Below, piece after piece: positions 30,352 through 40,599 of a stretch of DNA of 64,000 nt. Source of the stretch: a virus (Duplodnaviria > Caudoviricetes); the IMG/VR virus record IMGVR_UViG_3300042988_001200; one strand, written 5' to 3'. The notes under the pieces are model-generated. The model did not search any database, was not told the DNA's origin, and saw only the letters and a program-made list of their open reading frames with translations. Positions within the stretch are counted from its first letter, which is position 1; each line of letters begins with the position of its first letter. A program made the position numbers and the translations under genes.

Positions 30352-30720
30352 TTATACTCTACCTATATATACTAATTTAGGGTTATTAAAAGTAGTAACT
30401 GGTAAGAATGAACTATAGGATTCCTTTCTTTTAAATAGTCTGGATACTACTAAATCTTCACCTAGTACAGCTTTAGCACTAAGTATTAAGGCTTCAATAA
30501 GAAATTCTATATCATTGATATGGTTAAAAGAGGTAGTTATAGCATACTCTTTTTTATTATTAAGGAATGGAAATTCTTCAATAGACTCTATATTAACTTT
30601 AAAGTATTCAGATAGATAATTAGCTATTTCCTTATCTTCAAATAGAGAGTTTAACGAAGGTTCAATCCAGGATAGCAATAGAATATTTGATTCAACGATA
30701 GTTTTAACAAAGAGTTTCAT
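30352..30720 (-). CDS. hypothetical protein
   Basis: 122-aa ORF. Confidence 0.5.
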   Translation of the reverse strand: MKLFVKTIVESNILLLSWIEPSLNSLFEDKEIANYLSEYFKVNIESIEEFPFLNNKKEYAITTSFNHINDIEFLIEALILSAKAVLGEDLVVSRLFKRKESYSSFLPVTTFNNPKLVYIGRV

Positions 30721-30741
30721 ATACTTATATTTGATTAAAGG

Positions 30742-31308
30742 TTAAAATGATTTCCATTGAATAGACAACTCCCCTACAGAATTATCTAAGGATAAGAAGT
30801 TACATAGCTTAATATCTAGAGTTTTCTTATAGCTAAAGGGCATTTTCCTATATGTAGGAAGACCTAATAACTCTAGAAGTCTACATTTATCATATTCTAT
30901 TAGGGAAGTCACTAAGACTTTGTTTACATGTATCTCAATAGGTATAGTTTTATCTTCTCCAATAACATCTCCTTTTTTATTAATAAAGTAACACCAATCT
31001 ATTTCATGGTCATCTAAAAAAGATACTTCAATAGTTGATTTATGTCTAGTAATAGCTTTACTACTAGAAGTATTTCTAATATGTCTCCCTTTAGGATAGG
31101 GGGATTCTATATTTATATGGTCCTCTAGTTTATAATAACACCACTCATCTATAGAATTACTATTAGAGATAAATCTAGTAGTTTTACTATCATCTGACCA
31201 TTTCCATATATCTAAAATATTATGAATAGTCTGTGAAGAGTTAGCCTTCACATAATGAGTTAGGACATCACCTCCAAGTAAGTTATAAGTTATTGATACA
31301 AATTTCAT
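30742..31308 (-). CDS. hypothetical protein
   Basis: 188-aa ORF coupled to the photolyase-like gene. Confidence 0.55.
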   Translation of the reverse strand: MKFVSITYNLLGGDVLTHYVKANSSQTIHNILDIWKWSDDSKTTRFISNSNSIDEWCYYKLEDHINIESPYPKGRHIRNTSSSKAITRHKSTIEVSFLDDHEIDWCYFINKKGDVIGEDKTIPIEIHVNKVLVTSLIEYDKCRLLELLGLPTYRKMPFSYKKTLDIKLCNFLSLDNSVGELSIQWKSF

Positions 31309-32351
31309 AAGTTTAGATATATAGAATAATCAGTAATAAAAGGATTATAGTCTAATAAATACACTTCAAATAAGATTTTAAGTAAGATTAAAGGTATTTC
31401 TTCTTGCTTAAAGAACTTAACTAGCTCTATTCTATCATCGTTAGATAAGAAATTGGTTGTTATAAGTTCCTCTAAAAGATAGTTGATAGAACTATATTGA
31501 GAGGTTAAGGAAATAATCTCTTTGATTTTAGATTCATAAGAAGGGGTATAACTCTCCTTTATGAACATACTCTTATTCTTAAGGATATGGATAGAGGATA
31601 AATCTCTCCTTAGAATATTATAAATAGAAGAGATTATCTCTTCATTTATTGACTTAGATAGAAGGATTAGTAACACTTCTCTAGGACTTATAACTCCAGT
31701 AGAAAGGTATTTACCTATATTTAAAGAGCAGTCTCCTCTATATAAAGATAGTTGTTTAAAGATTGTATCTCTAATATCCTCTACTAAAGGAACCTCTTCT
31801 TGAGGTAGTTCGATAAAGGAAAAGGATTTATATAGAGGTTTCTTAAAGATAATAGTAGAGGCTAAGATATCAGATAAAGAGTTATAAGGTATCTCTTTAG
31901 GTTTACTAGCCCCTATAGTATCTAATAACTTTACTAAATCTATAGAGTTCCAGGCCCCTGAGACCTCTATGTAATTAGACTTAAATATAGATTTATAGAC
32001 CTGTTCCCCTCTATTAGGTAAATGAATATTACTTTTAGTAATATATACATCTGGTTTATATTTCTCTACAAGGGAAGTAGATTCCTTATAGTTATTAAAT
32101 ATAAAAAGATTAGTTCCATATAATTTAAGAGTTTGTTTAAGGGATAAAGAGCAATCTTTTATAAAAGATTGTTTAGCCTTAGATAAACTTTTAAAACAAG
32201 GAACTTCCCAGTTGGTTACACAATAAGGTAATATCCTATATTGATTAGGATAACTATTATTGATAATATTAAACTCTCCTAGAGCTCTTTCTATTAGAGG
32301 ATTATCAATTAATCTAAGGACTCCTGTAAAGTTTACTAAGGCTAGTTTCAT
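31305..32351 (-). CDS. degenerate DNA photolyase/cryptochrome-like protein
   Basis: VNFTGVLRLIDNPLI (cf. WFRRDLRLHDNPAL), SFIKDCSLSLKQTLKLYGTNLFI, IGKYLSTGVISPREV, LEELITTNFLSNDDRIEL, FEVYLLDYNP. Confidence 0.7.
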   Translation of the reverse strand: MKLALVNFTGVLRLIDNPLIERALGEFNIINNSYPNQYRILPYCVTNWEVPCFKSLSKAKQSFIKDCSLSLKQTLKLYGTNLFIFNNYKESTSLVEKYKPDVYITKSNIHLPNRGEQVYKSIFKSNYIEVSGAWNSIDLVKLLDTIGASKPKEIPYNSLSDILASTIIFKKPLYKSFSFIELPQEEVPLVEDIRDTIFKQLSLYRGDCSLNIGKYLSTGVISPREVLLILLSKSINEEIISSIYNILRRDLSSIHILKNKSMFIKESYTPSYESKIKEIISLTSQYSSINYLLEELITTNFLSNDDRIELVKFFKQEEIPLILLKILFEVYLLDYNPFITDYSIYLNL

Positions 32352-32363
32352 CTTTTATCCTTT

Positions 32364-32612
32364 TTAATAACTAGGCATCTCTATATCTAAGGAGTTATCC
32401 TCCATTAGTTTCTGTTGTAATATAGCTCTTTTCCTCTCTATACTCTTAGCTTTAGTTAAAGTTCTTAGTTTCCTTTTTCTTTTATCTCTTTTATTCTCAA
32501 AGTAATCCTTTAGTTTACTAGTTTCTAATAATCTTTCATTATAAACCTTTTTGTTAAATCTATATAATAAAGAATCAATGGTTTCATCAGGATTCTTTCT
32601 TACTTGACACAT
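32364..32612 (-). CDS. rpsU: 30S ribosomal protein bS21
   Basis: VRKNPDETIDSLLYRFNKKV...LLETSKLKDYFENKRDKRKRK. Confidence 0.85.
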   Translation of the reverse strand: MCQVRKNPDETIDSLLYRFNKKVYNERLLETSKLKDYFENKRDKRKRKLRTLTKAKSIERKRAILQQKLMEDNSLDIEMPSY

Positions 32613-32650
32613 ATAATTAACCTTTGATATATATTACTAATAATTATATA

Positions 32651-32914
32651 TCAAAGTTTAAAGTCTTGTAGTAAACAATCTTCTAAATCTAGTATTCGTA
32701 TAGATAAAGGGTTTAATTTGTTATCTATAAGAACTTTATTTCTTTCATACGCTATATAAGTGGATACGTAATTGGGTCTTAATTCCTCTAATAATTCTTC
32801 TAAAAAACAATATTCTACAAACTTTATAGGATTAGAACCTGTAATAACAAGAGACCCATTGGAGAATTTAATTATCCAATGGGCTGTTTCTTCTAACCAA
32901 TTAGCTTTAGACAT
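32651..32914 (-). CDS. hypothetical protein
   Basis: 87-aa ORF. Confidence 0.45.
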   Translation of the reverse strand: MSKANWLEETAHWIIKFSNGSLVITGSNPIKFVEYCFLEELLEELRPNYVSTYIAYERNKVLIDNKLNPLSIRILDLEDCLLQDFKL

Positions 32915-32935
32915 ATAGATATCCTATATAAAGTA

Positions 32936-32972
32936 AGAGTTATATTAGGCTTTATATACCTATTATAACTCT
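32936..32972. terminator. stem-loop downstream of clpC
   Basis: AGAGTTATA-T-TAGG / CCTA-T-TATAACTCT with one mismatch. Confidence 0.5.
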
Positions 32973-32991
32973 ATATATGAACTATTCGTCC

Positions 32992-35250
32992 CTAATTGGA
33001 TGAATGATATATATGTATTTCTTTATCTTTTATGGTTATATATAAGGTAGATATATCTAAATGAGTAAGAATATAATCTACAAGTAGGTCTTTAATAGAA
33101 TTAACTATCCTTCCAATTTCTCTTGCTCCATAATTAAGGTTAATTTTACATGTTATTAAATGGGTGATAACCGAGGGTTCTATCTCTAATTTATACTTAA
33201 TAGCCTCCTTTAACTCTTCTAATCTAAGAGCCATAATAGAAGATAAGGATATTAGATTTAATGGATTAGCCGGTAGAATCTCATCTATTCTATTAAGGAA
33301 CTCTGGTGTAAAGTATTCTTTAAGAACACTTAACTTATTAGAACTAATATTGGAAGTAGATAGTTCAAACCCCAAAGATGCCGAGTTAGAATAAGAACTC
33401 CCTATATTAGTAGTTAAAAAGATGTATGAATTGTTAAAGTATATCTTTCTACCTACAGAATCTGTAACAAACCCCTCATCTAGTATTTGTAATAGAACAT
33501 TATAAATAGAGGGATGGGCCTTTTCTATCTCATCAAATAGGATGATACAGAAGGGGTAGTTCTTTACATTAGAGAAGATAAAAGATTGGTTTTCATAACC
33601 AATATACCCAGGAGGAGAGCCTATAAGTTTAGATATAGAGTGAGATTCCTGAAACTCTGACATATCTATTTGGATAAACTGAGCAGGGTTAGATAGTAAT
33701 AACTTAGATAATTCTTTAACTATATAAGTTTTACCTACCCCTGTATTACCACATAGTAGGAATGAGCCTCTAGGCTTAAGTTTGGAATAAAGGAAACTTC
33801 TTTTAATACAAGAGGAGATTTTATTAATAATATCCTCTTGACCTACTACTCTTTTCCTTAGATTAGACTCTATATCCTTAAACTTATTGTAGGTATCTAA
33901 AGGGTTTTTATTAATAGGAACTTGAGTTATAGATTCTATAGTTTCATAAACTAAGGACTCATCTAACTCTGGAAGATTAACTATAAACTTCTGTACCTCT
34001 TCATACTTATCTTCTTCAATAAGAGAATAATACTCCTTTAAATGTTTATTAGGGGTTTTATTCTTTATCTTTAACTTACTACCAGCCTCATCTAGTACAT
34101 CTATAGCTTTATCTGGATAGTTCCTATTTGTTATATATTGACTGCTATTAACTATTACCTTAAGGATAGAGTCAGGTACTATCATTCCATGATATCTCTC
34201 GTACTTAGTTCTATTTCCTCTAAGAATCTCTAGAGTCTCTTCCTTACTACATTCTTCTAGAGGGATAATATTAAACCTTCTAGTAAAGGCTTTATCCTTT
34301 TCTATATTTAATTTAAACTCCCTATAGGTAGTAGCACCTATACATTTTAATTCACCTCTACTAAGGGCAGGCTTAAGTAGATTAGATAAATCTAAGGAAC
34401 CCTCATAGTTACCTAGACCTACAATATTATGAATCTCATCTATAAAGAGAATAACGCTAGGATTAGACTTACAGTATTTAATAAGTAGAGCTACTCTCTC
34501 TTCTAACTCCCCTCTAAACTTAGTACCAGATATTAAAGCTCCAGTATCTAAAGATACAATTCTAGTATTGTCTAAAGGAGGGTATATTCCAGATACTACT
34601 AATTGAGCTAATCCCTCTACTAACTGAGTCTTACCAAAGCCAGCTTCCCCTAGTATAAGAATATTACTCTTAGTCTTTCTTAATAAAGATTTAACTATAG
34701 AGTCTAGTTCTTTAGTTCTACCTATTAGGGGATCTAGTTCATTCTTCTCAGCTTTTAGAGTTAAATCAATACAGAAGTCTTCAATAGATGTAGGAATAGA
34801 GCTAGATACAGTAGTAACTAATAAGCCTTCTTGTAGAAGAGTAACAATCTGTTCTTCTATAGCCTTAATATCTACATTAGAGGTAAAGGCTTTTTCAAAG
34901 AAGGATAGATTATTATTACTTTTAAGTACATGAACAAGGGCTAAGAATATAGACTCAGGTTCTATATGCTCTAGATTAAATCTGTTACTTATTTCCTCTG
35001 CTTGTTTTAGACATATATGTATATACTTAGAATATTGATTAGGGAAAGGATTAAAATTTATTCCTGGAATATTAATTAAATAATTAGTATCTAAGTTATT
35101 CTTCTTTAAAATGCTAGATATTTTAGAAGACCCTTCTTGTAATAATCCTATAAGTAAATGGTTAAAGCTAACAGAGGTGTTTTGACTATTAGCAATACTC
35201 TTAGCTATACTAAGAACCTTATCAGAACCTTGAGATAGATTTAGAGACAT
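32992..35250 (-). CDS. clpC: ClpC-like AAA+ unfoldase (start probably MSLNL at 35250)
   Basis: Clp N-domain; LDPLIGRTKE; GEAGFGKT/ILFIDEIH; PDKAIDVLDEAGS; GNTGVGKT/LFDEIEKAHP; LGF ClpP-docking loop; YGAREI. Confidence 0.93.
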   Translation of the reverse strand: MSLNLSQGSDKVLSIAKSIANSQNTSVSFNHLLIGLLQEGSSKISSILKKNNLDTNYLINIPGINFNPFPNQYSKYIHICLKQAEEISNRFNLEHIEPESIFLALVHVLKSNNNLSFFEKAFTSNVDIKAIEEQIVTLLQEGLLVTTVSSSIPTSIEDFCIDLTLKAEKNELDPLIGRTKELDSIVKSLLRKTKSNILILGEAGFGKTQLVEGLAQLVVSGIYPPLDNTRIVSLDTGALISGTKFRGELEERVALLIKYCKSNPSVILFIDEIHNIVGLGNYEGSLDLSNLLKPALSRGELKCIGATTYREFKLNIEKDKAFTRRFNIIPLEECSKEETLEILRGNRTKYERYHGMIVPDSILKVIVNSSQYITNRNYPDKAIDVLDEAGSKLKIKNKTPNKHLKEYYSLIEEDKYEEVQKFIVNLPELDESLVYETIESITQVPINKNPLDTYNKFKDIESNLRKRVVGQEDIINKISSCIKRSFLYSKLKPRGSFLLCGNTGVGKTYIVKELSKLLLSNPAQFIQIDMSEFQESHSISKLIGSPPGYIGYENQSFIFSNVKNYPFCIILFDEIEKAHPSIYNVLLQILDEGFVTDSVGRKIYFNNSYIFLTTNIGSSYSNSASLGFELSTSNISSNKLSVLKEYFTPEFLNRIDEILPANPLNLISLSSIMALRLEELKEAIKYKLEIEPSVITHLITCKINLNYGAREIGRIVNSIKDLLVDYILTHLDISTLYITIKDKEIHIYHSSN

Positions 35251-37298
35251 AGGGATAATAAATCTTCTGGATAGAAACAACTAGATAAACTTAGATTAAC
35301 CCCATATAGTTCATCACATAAAGGGATTAGTAATATAGAACCTGGCTTATGAATAGTATTAGTTATTTCATTTATTACTATTTTAATATTAAAACTATTA
35401 AGCACCCTTATGATTTCTGGATTGTTTATTTCTAATATGCAATATAAGAGTTGAGACATTACAGCTATCTCTATTATGAAATTTCTATTATTAGCCTCAT
35501 GGTTAGAAGTAATTATCTTAATGAAATCCACTTTAGATATATTTATAGAATTATTTATATTAGTAAAATCTTCTATATCTATATCTTGGTTATTTATAAA
35601 CTCATCTATATGCTCATATATAGATATAAGGGATAAAAGCCCTTCACAGATAGACTCTAACTCTTTGTATGAGTCTATATAGAGATTCTGTGTAGCTCTA
35701 GTTAAAGCTACATATATTAGATTTAGCTCCTGAATATGGTCATTATATTTATTAGTTGGTCTAAATAGAATATCTGCTGAAGGAACTATATACCAGACAT
35801 TCTTTGCTTCTGCTCCTTTAGCTCTATGGATAGAACTAAGAATAATAGCATTCTTACTTGGTTTACATAATTCCTCTACATATTTCTCTATATAGGAGAC
35901 ATCTATGTTCTCTTTTATGTATAAATATATATACTCTATTAAACTATTACAACAATTAAAGTAGTCTATTAAAGTATCTAAACTAATAGTAAATAGTTCT
36001 TTAGAACTTGTATTATTCTGTTTTATACAATCGTGATTATACTTATAGAAACCACTTAATAAGTTCTTATACTCATTTAAAGAGTACGTTTTATAGTCTT
36101 GTAACTTGTTATACTCTAAAGCTAGTCTAAAGAATCTACTAATAGAGATACTTAAATCTGTACATCTTATATATATCTTCTTACCTTTTGATAATAGTTC
36201 TAAGCCATATTCTACTAATGGATAGTTATATCTACTAACAATAAGGTCTTTACTCTTTACTTTATTAACTATAAATTCTTTATTAAAGCCTTTTACTACA
36301 CTCCCTTGTTTAGGGTTAGCGGGTAGCATTTCTATCTTAACTAGTTCTTTAACTAGTTCTATATGACTATCTGGACATCTATAACAATATGAAAGGGGGA
36401 GTTGAATAGTATTAAAGCTCTCTTTCATAATCTTCCAAATAGAAGGTTCAGCTCCTGCAAATGCAAATATAGACTGGTTATAGTCTCCTAATAATATGAT
36501 TTGACTACCATTATTAGTAAATTTCTTATATATCTCTAACATTAATAGAGAGGAATCCTGAGCTTCATCTACTATTAGATAGTCTGTGTGAGTTGGTTCT
36601 AGGTTTAAATCAATAGAAAGTTCTAGTAATTGAGTGAAGTCTAGGATTTTATTATTAGCTTGAGTCCTTCTTAATTGACTAATATATCTAATACATTTAC
36701 ATATAAATTTAATATAAGGATTTATATATTCTAACTTTAAGCCATATTTATATATAACAAAGTAGATGTTTTCATAGGTTATAGTTAATCTATTTATTCT
36801 TAGATAGTTATCTATTTGTTTAGTTGCTTGTTTAAATATATTAATATGAACATTAATATCCTTTCTTTCTTGTTTAGTTATATTAGAAGAAGGGTCTATT
36901 CTTTCCTTTGTATATATATAACTATAAAGTTCTTGATTTAAAGATTCATCTTTAAGGAAGGAATTAACGAACTCTGAAGTCCTATCTTGAATATCTATAT
37001 CACCTAATACCCTTTTTAATAACCCATAACATAGACTATGGATAGTATTTATCCTTACATTATTTAATCCTTTAATCCTTGTATCCTCTTTTAACTGTTC
37101 AGCTATATGTTTATTAAAAGCTAGAATCTGTATCTTTTTACCGCCTAAAGCTCCACATAGACCTATGATTTGAGTAGTTTTACCTACTCCTGCATTAGCA
37201 TTGACTTGAATATTATTGGTTAAAGCCTCTTGAAATATAGTTAATTGATGACTATTCCAATTAATAGCAGTTAGATAATTAGAAGTCCAATTATTCAT
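35241..37298 (-). CDS. UvrD/Rep-like superfamily 1 helicase
   Basis: ANAGVGKTT, LAFNK, TIHSL, IVDEAQD, GDYNQSIFAFAGA, LSYCYRCP, SSIHRAKGAE, YVALTRA. Confidence 0.92.
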   Translation of the reverse strand: MNNWTSNYLTAINWNSHQLTIFQEALTNNIQVNANAGVGKTTQIIGLCGALGGKKIQILAFNKHIAEQLKEDTRIKGLNNVRINTIHSLCYGLLKRVLGDIDIQDRTSEFVNSFLKDESLNQELYSYIYTKERIDPSSNITKQERKDINVHINIFKQATKQIDNYLRINRLTITYENIYFVIYKYGLKLEYINPYIKFICKCIRYISQLRRTQANNKILDFTQLLELSIDLNLEPTHTDYLIVDEAQDSSLLMLEIYKKFTNNGSQIILLGDYNQSIFAFAGAEPSIWKIMKESFNTIQLPLSYCYRCPDSHIELVKELVKIEMLPANPKQGSVVKGFNKEFIVNKVKSKDLIVSRYNYPLVEYGLELLSKGKKIYIRCTDLSISISRFFRLALEYNKLQDYKTYSLNEYKNLLSGFYKYNHDCIKQNNTSSKELFTISLDTLIDYFNCCNSLIEYIYLYIKENIDVSYIEKYVEELCKPSKNAIILSSIHRAKGAEAKNVWYIVPSADILFRPTNKYNDHIQELNLIYVALTRATQNLYIDSYKELESICEGLLSLISIYEHIDEFINNQDIDIEDFTNINNSINISKVDFIKIITSNHEANNRNFIIEIAVMSQLLYCILEINNPEIIRVLNSFNIKIVINEITNTIHKPGSILLIPLCDELYGVNLSLSSCFYPEDLLSLCL

Positions 37299-37309
37299 AT
37301 TAATTAATT

Positions 37310-37546
37310 ATGTATAGAACTAAGAAAGGTAATGTAACTTCTAAGACCAGAAAGCAATATGGCATAAAAGGTAAATATCCTATATTTGATATTAAATCTG
37401 CTATATCTGCTATTAAACTTAGACATCATAGTAAAGATATAAGTCCTAAAACTATTCTTAATAAAGTGGCAAGTAGTAAGTTCAGTTCTAGTAAAGAAGT
37501 AAAACGATTATTAGAACAAGCTAGATTAAAAGATAGGAGTAAATAA
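37310..37546 (+). CDS. small basic hypothetical protein
   Basis: 78 aa, Lys-rich, KYPIFDIKSAISAIKL. Confidence 0.55.
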   Translation: MYRTKKGNVTSKTRKQYGIKGKYPIFDIKSAISAIKLRHHSKDISPKTILNKVASSKFSSSKEVKRLLEQARLKDRSK

Positions 37547-37565
37547 TCTTTTAATCTAGCTTGTT

Positions 37566-37964
37566 TTAAATTAGGACTTCAATAATCTTAGTAGCTAATT
37601 TAACAGCATCGTAATTCCCTGTTTCAATCAAACAATTAATATTAGAAGGGTATACTTCTAAAGTTTTACATTGAAGAATGTAAACACTCTCTGATAAAAA
37701 CGTCTCTAAAGAATTTTTAAGCTCTTTTAAACATCTATTACAAAGTTCTTGTTTATCTAATTCAGAGTGCTCCTTTTTTAATATATGGTAATAAAGATTA
37801 TCTGTTTCTAATATATAATCTTTAAGATTATTCTGTGTATATAATATAGTTTTAGCATATGATTCTAAAGATTCTATATCTTTTACATCCCATATTCTAA
37901 ATAAAAGAGTGCATATATAAAAGTAATGGGCATCTCTATATTCTCCAATACTAAGAATCCACAT
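37566..37964 (-). CDS. hypothetical protein
   Basis: 132-aa ORF. Confidence 0.5.
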   Translation of the reverse strand: MWILSIGEYRDAHYFYICTLLFRIWDVKDIESLESYAKTILYTQNNLKDYILETDNLYYHILKKEHSELDKQELCNRCLKELKNSLETFLSESVYILQCKTLEVYPSNINCLIETGNYDAVKLATKIIEVLI

Positions 37965-37970
37965 AACTAT

Positions 37971-39347
37971 TTAACTCCTATCTAAGAATTCCTCTCTAGA
38001 ATCTATGTTTATCTCTTTATTCTCTATAAGGTTACTAAGACTATTAGCCCATTGTCTATAGGCTATATGCCCTCCAGGTCTACTTCTTAATCTACTAATA
38101 TATATAAGTTCCTTTAATCCTATATCAAATACGTAATAAGTTAAATGACCATTAGGTAATATAAACTTAGATTTATCTGTTATATTATCTTTAATAAAAT
38201 CATATTGAGAGTTAAATATCTCTGTATATAATTCCTTAACCTCTGGGATTAAATCTAAGTATGGACATAAAGAATACAGTTCATAGTTAGAACGATTTAG
38301 TTCATTATATATATTAAAGGTTTTATGTAATAAAGGTATAAACTTACCTATTGACCTATGTCTATTTATATCAATTAAGGACCCAATATCTAAATAACCA
38401 GTATATAGATCCTTACCAATTGTTAGTTCATTAGAACCCTCTTCATATTGATTATATAGATTTATATAAGATATACTCCTTTTAACCACCTCATTCTCAT
38501 TGTTTATACTTACTCTCTCTCCTATAGGGCTAATTAATTTAGCTATGTTATCTAATAAACCAATATTCTTTACTCTTATATTTCTATATACTGGCTTATT
38601 CACTATAACTAAATCTTTGTATATATCTTTTATTAGATTATTTAAATAATCTATATTAGAGTAACCAGTTGTATATTTGATACAAGTCTTAGCTTCTGGA
38701 GTATAAGAAGGAGAAGTAAGGATGGATTCTAGAGTATCTCCCCAAAGAGAAGTTCTATTATCAACCCTTAAGTATTTAATATATTTACTCCATTCTCTAG
38801 AAGATTGGATAGCTCCTATAGAAGTTTTAATAGATAAAGGTAATAGGTATCTAGTACAATCCAAAGTTCTAGCTCTAAGGGCAGAAACTTCCTTAGAGTT
38901 ATTTAAATCTATATTAAAGTATTTAGATAATCCCTCAAAGGTAGGCTGATATAGACGGGTATAGGCTTCTAACCATTTATCAATAATAAAGTTGTATTCA
39001 GGTATAGATATAGAGGTGAATATAGATTGATATCTAGTAGATCTTTCTTGTCCATCTTGTAGAGGATGATTATAAAAGAACTCAGCAGCATCTAATCTAG
39101 TTAACCCCTCTAGGAATATATATTGATGAGCTAACCCTCTTACAGAGGAATGACCATACTCATTAACTATCCTTTTTATAACCTCTATACTCTTCTCCTT
39201 ACTCCTTTCTTCTATAAGGTCTAATATACTCTTACTACTTCTAGAATAAGAGGCTATAAGAGAGGCATACTCCTCCCCCAACCCCTCTTCATTCTGTAAT
39301 AAAGTACCTATGATTACTTCATTACAAATATTATATTTAAACTTCAT
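37971..39347 (-). CDS. thyX: FAD-dependent thymidylate synthase, double-domain type
   Basis: YGHSSV, QERSTRY, DCTRYLLPL in the N-half; DINRHRS, LRSRPGGHIAY in the C-half. Confidence 0.88.
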   Translation of the reverse strand: MKFKYNICNEVIIGTLLQNEEGLGEEYASLIASYSRSSKSILDLIEERSKEKSIEVIKRIVNEYGHSSVRGLAHQYIFLEGLTRLDAAEFFYNHPLQDGQERSTRYQSIFTSISIPEYNFIIDKWLEAYTRLYQPTFEGLSKYFNIDLNNSKEVSALRARTLDCTRYLLPLSIKTSIGAIQSSREWSKYIKYLRVDNRTSLWGDTLESILTSPSYTPEAKTCIKYTTGYSNIDYLNNLIKDIYKDLVIVNKPVYRNIRVKNIGLLDNIAKLISPIGERVSINNENEVVKRSISYINLYNQYEEGSNELTIGKDLYTGYLDIGSLIDINRHRSIGKFIPLLHKTFNIYNELNRSNYELYSLCPYLDLIPEVKELYTEIFNSQYDFIKDNITDKSKFILPNGHLTYYVFDIGLKELIYISRLRSRPGGHIAYRQWANSLSNLIENKEINIDSREEFLDRS

Positions 39348-39751
39348 ATAATCAACTCCTTAATAGATAACTCATTAGAGGTTCTAGTTATATAAACCAC
39401 TCTCTTAATATTACTCTTATTAATCCAATTCATACAATGAGAACATGGCTGCGAACTAATAATTATATTTCCATTAATAGTAGCACCGGCTACATATAAA
39501 GTACATCCTTTTATAGACTTTTTTAATAGATAATTTTTTATAGTTCTTATTTCTGAGTGATATCCTATAGAACTATTCTCAATAATTACATTACCCCTAA
39601 AGGACTTTCTATAATTATTTATTCTAGGTGGGGTTATTATCCTATTTCCCTTAGTGATAAAGGAACATATCTTAACCCTACCTTGAGAATCTTTCTTCTT
39701 TGCTATCTCTATTGCTTTATAAATAAAATAGATGTCTCTTTTAGTTATCAC
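39344..39751 (-). CDS. zinc-dependent cytidine/dCMP deaminase-like protein
   Basis: HSE...QPCSHC motif, IKRVVY. Confidence 0.8.
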   Translation of the reverse strand: MITKRDIYFIYKAIEIAKKKDSQGRVKICSFITKGNRIITPPRINNYRKSFRGNVIIENSSIGYHSEIRTIKNYLLKKSIKGCTLYVAGATINGNIIISSQPCSHCMNWINKSNIKRVVYITRTSNELSIKELII

Positions 39752-40107
39752 TTAGGTTTCATTATATATTTCTCTATAAAAGATTCTTCTACTTTTAATA
39801 AAAATAAATTACCTAGTTGCTTAAACTCTATATCTGCAATAGATTCTTTATCTGTTACCTCTAATATAAAAGCATTTAGATAAAGGTCTTTTACACCAGG
39901 ATGTAAATAAGCTGGTATATAAACAGGCATAGGATTAAGTTCCTTTAATACACCCCCTGTTTTAATAACAGCTTGGGATAATCCTTCAAAGGAGGACCAT
40001 ACCATTAGAGATGGAGTGTTATTAGAACCATTACATAGAAGGTATTCCTCTGAGTCTACTGATAGTAAAAGTAGATATATATAATCAGGAGTTTCTATAT
40101 TAGTCAT
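39748..40107 (-). CDS. hypothetical protein
   Basis: 119-aa ORF. Confidence 0.5.
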   Translation of the reverse strand: MTNIETPDYIYLLLLSVDSEEYLLCNGSNNTPSLMVWSSFEGLSQAVIKTGGVLKELNPMPVYIPAYLHPGVKDLYLNAFILEVTDKESIADIEFKQLGNLFLLKVEESFIEKYIMKPK

Positions 40108-40210
40108 AATGTTTGGATGGGAAGAAATTACTAATTCTATTGTATAGTAGACCGAACCACTTGTATATAGAGATTCCTTATACTATAAGTAGTCTAAATA
40201 AATAAAGCCT

Positions 40211-40534
40211 ATGTACTATGAATTTATATACTCTGGGGTTAGAAGTTTTGGATTACCTATTAAATATGTGGAGAGTGAAGATAAATATGTAATAAATATA
40301 GATTTAATGGGAATAGACCCAAAGGACTGTGAAGTAGTAGTAGAGGAAAAGAGACTTAGTATAGGAATATCTCCTAATAAATATAAGATTTATGGAGATT
40401 TAAAGAAAGAGTTCCAATTTATAGAGTTTATAGATATAGATAAAAGTAAGGTAGAGATTAATGATGATAAATTAAAGATAATAGTCTATAAAAATAAATC
40501 TACATCTAAAAGGAAAGTATTACATCCTACATAA
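40211..40534 (+). CDS. small heat-shock protein (Hsp20/alpha-crystallin)
   Basis: ESEDKYVINIDLMGIDPKDCEVVVEEKRLSI...FQF...IDIDKSKVEINDDKLKIIV. Confidence 0.8.
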   Translation: MYYEFIYSGVRSFGLPIKYVESEDKYVINIDLMGIDPKDCEVVVEEKRLSIGISPNKYKIYGDLKKEFQFIEFIDIDKSKVEINDDKLKIIVYKNKSTSKRKVLHPT

Positions 40535-40541
40535 AGTATTT

Positions 40542-40571
40542 ATACCCTTTAGTAAAACTACTAAAGGGTAT
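40542..40571. terminator. bidirectional terminator
   Basis: ATACCCTTTAGTA-AAAC-TACTAAAGGGTAT between convergent genes. Confidence 0.75.
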
Positions 40572-40599
40572 TTTATTAGTTTATCTATTAGATATAACT

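Noticed and set aside
27794-40211. CIRCE heat-shock operator upstream of groES or hsp20
   Set aside because: No TTAGCACTC-N9-GAGTGCTAA found at either site.
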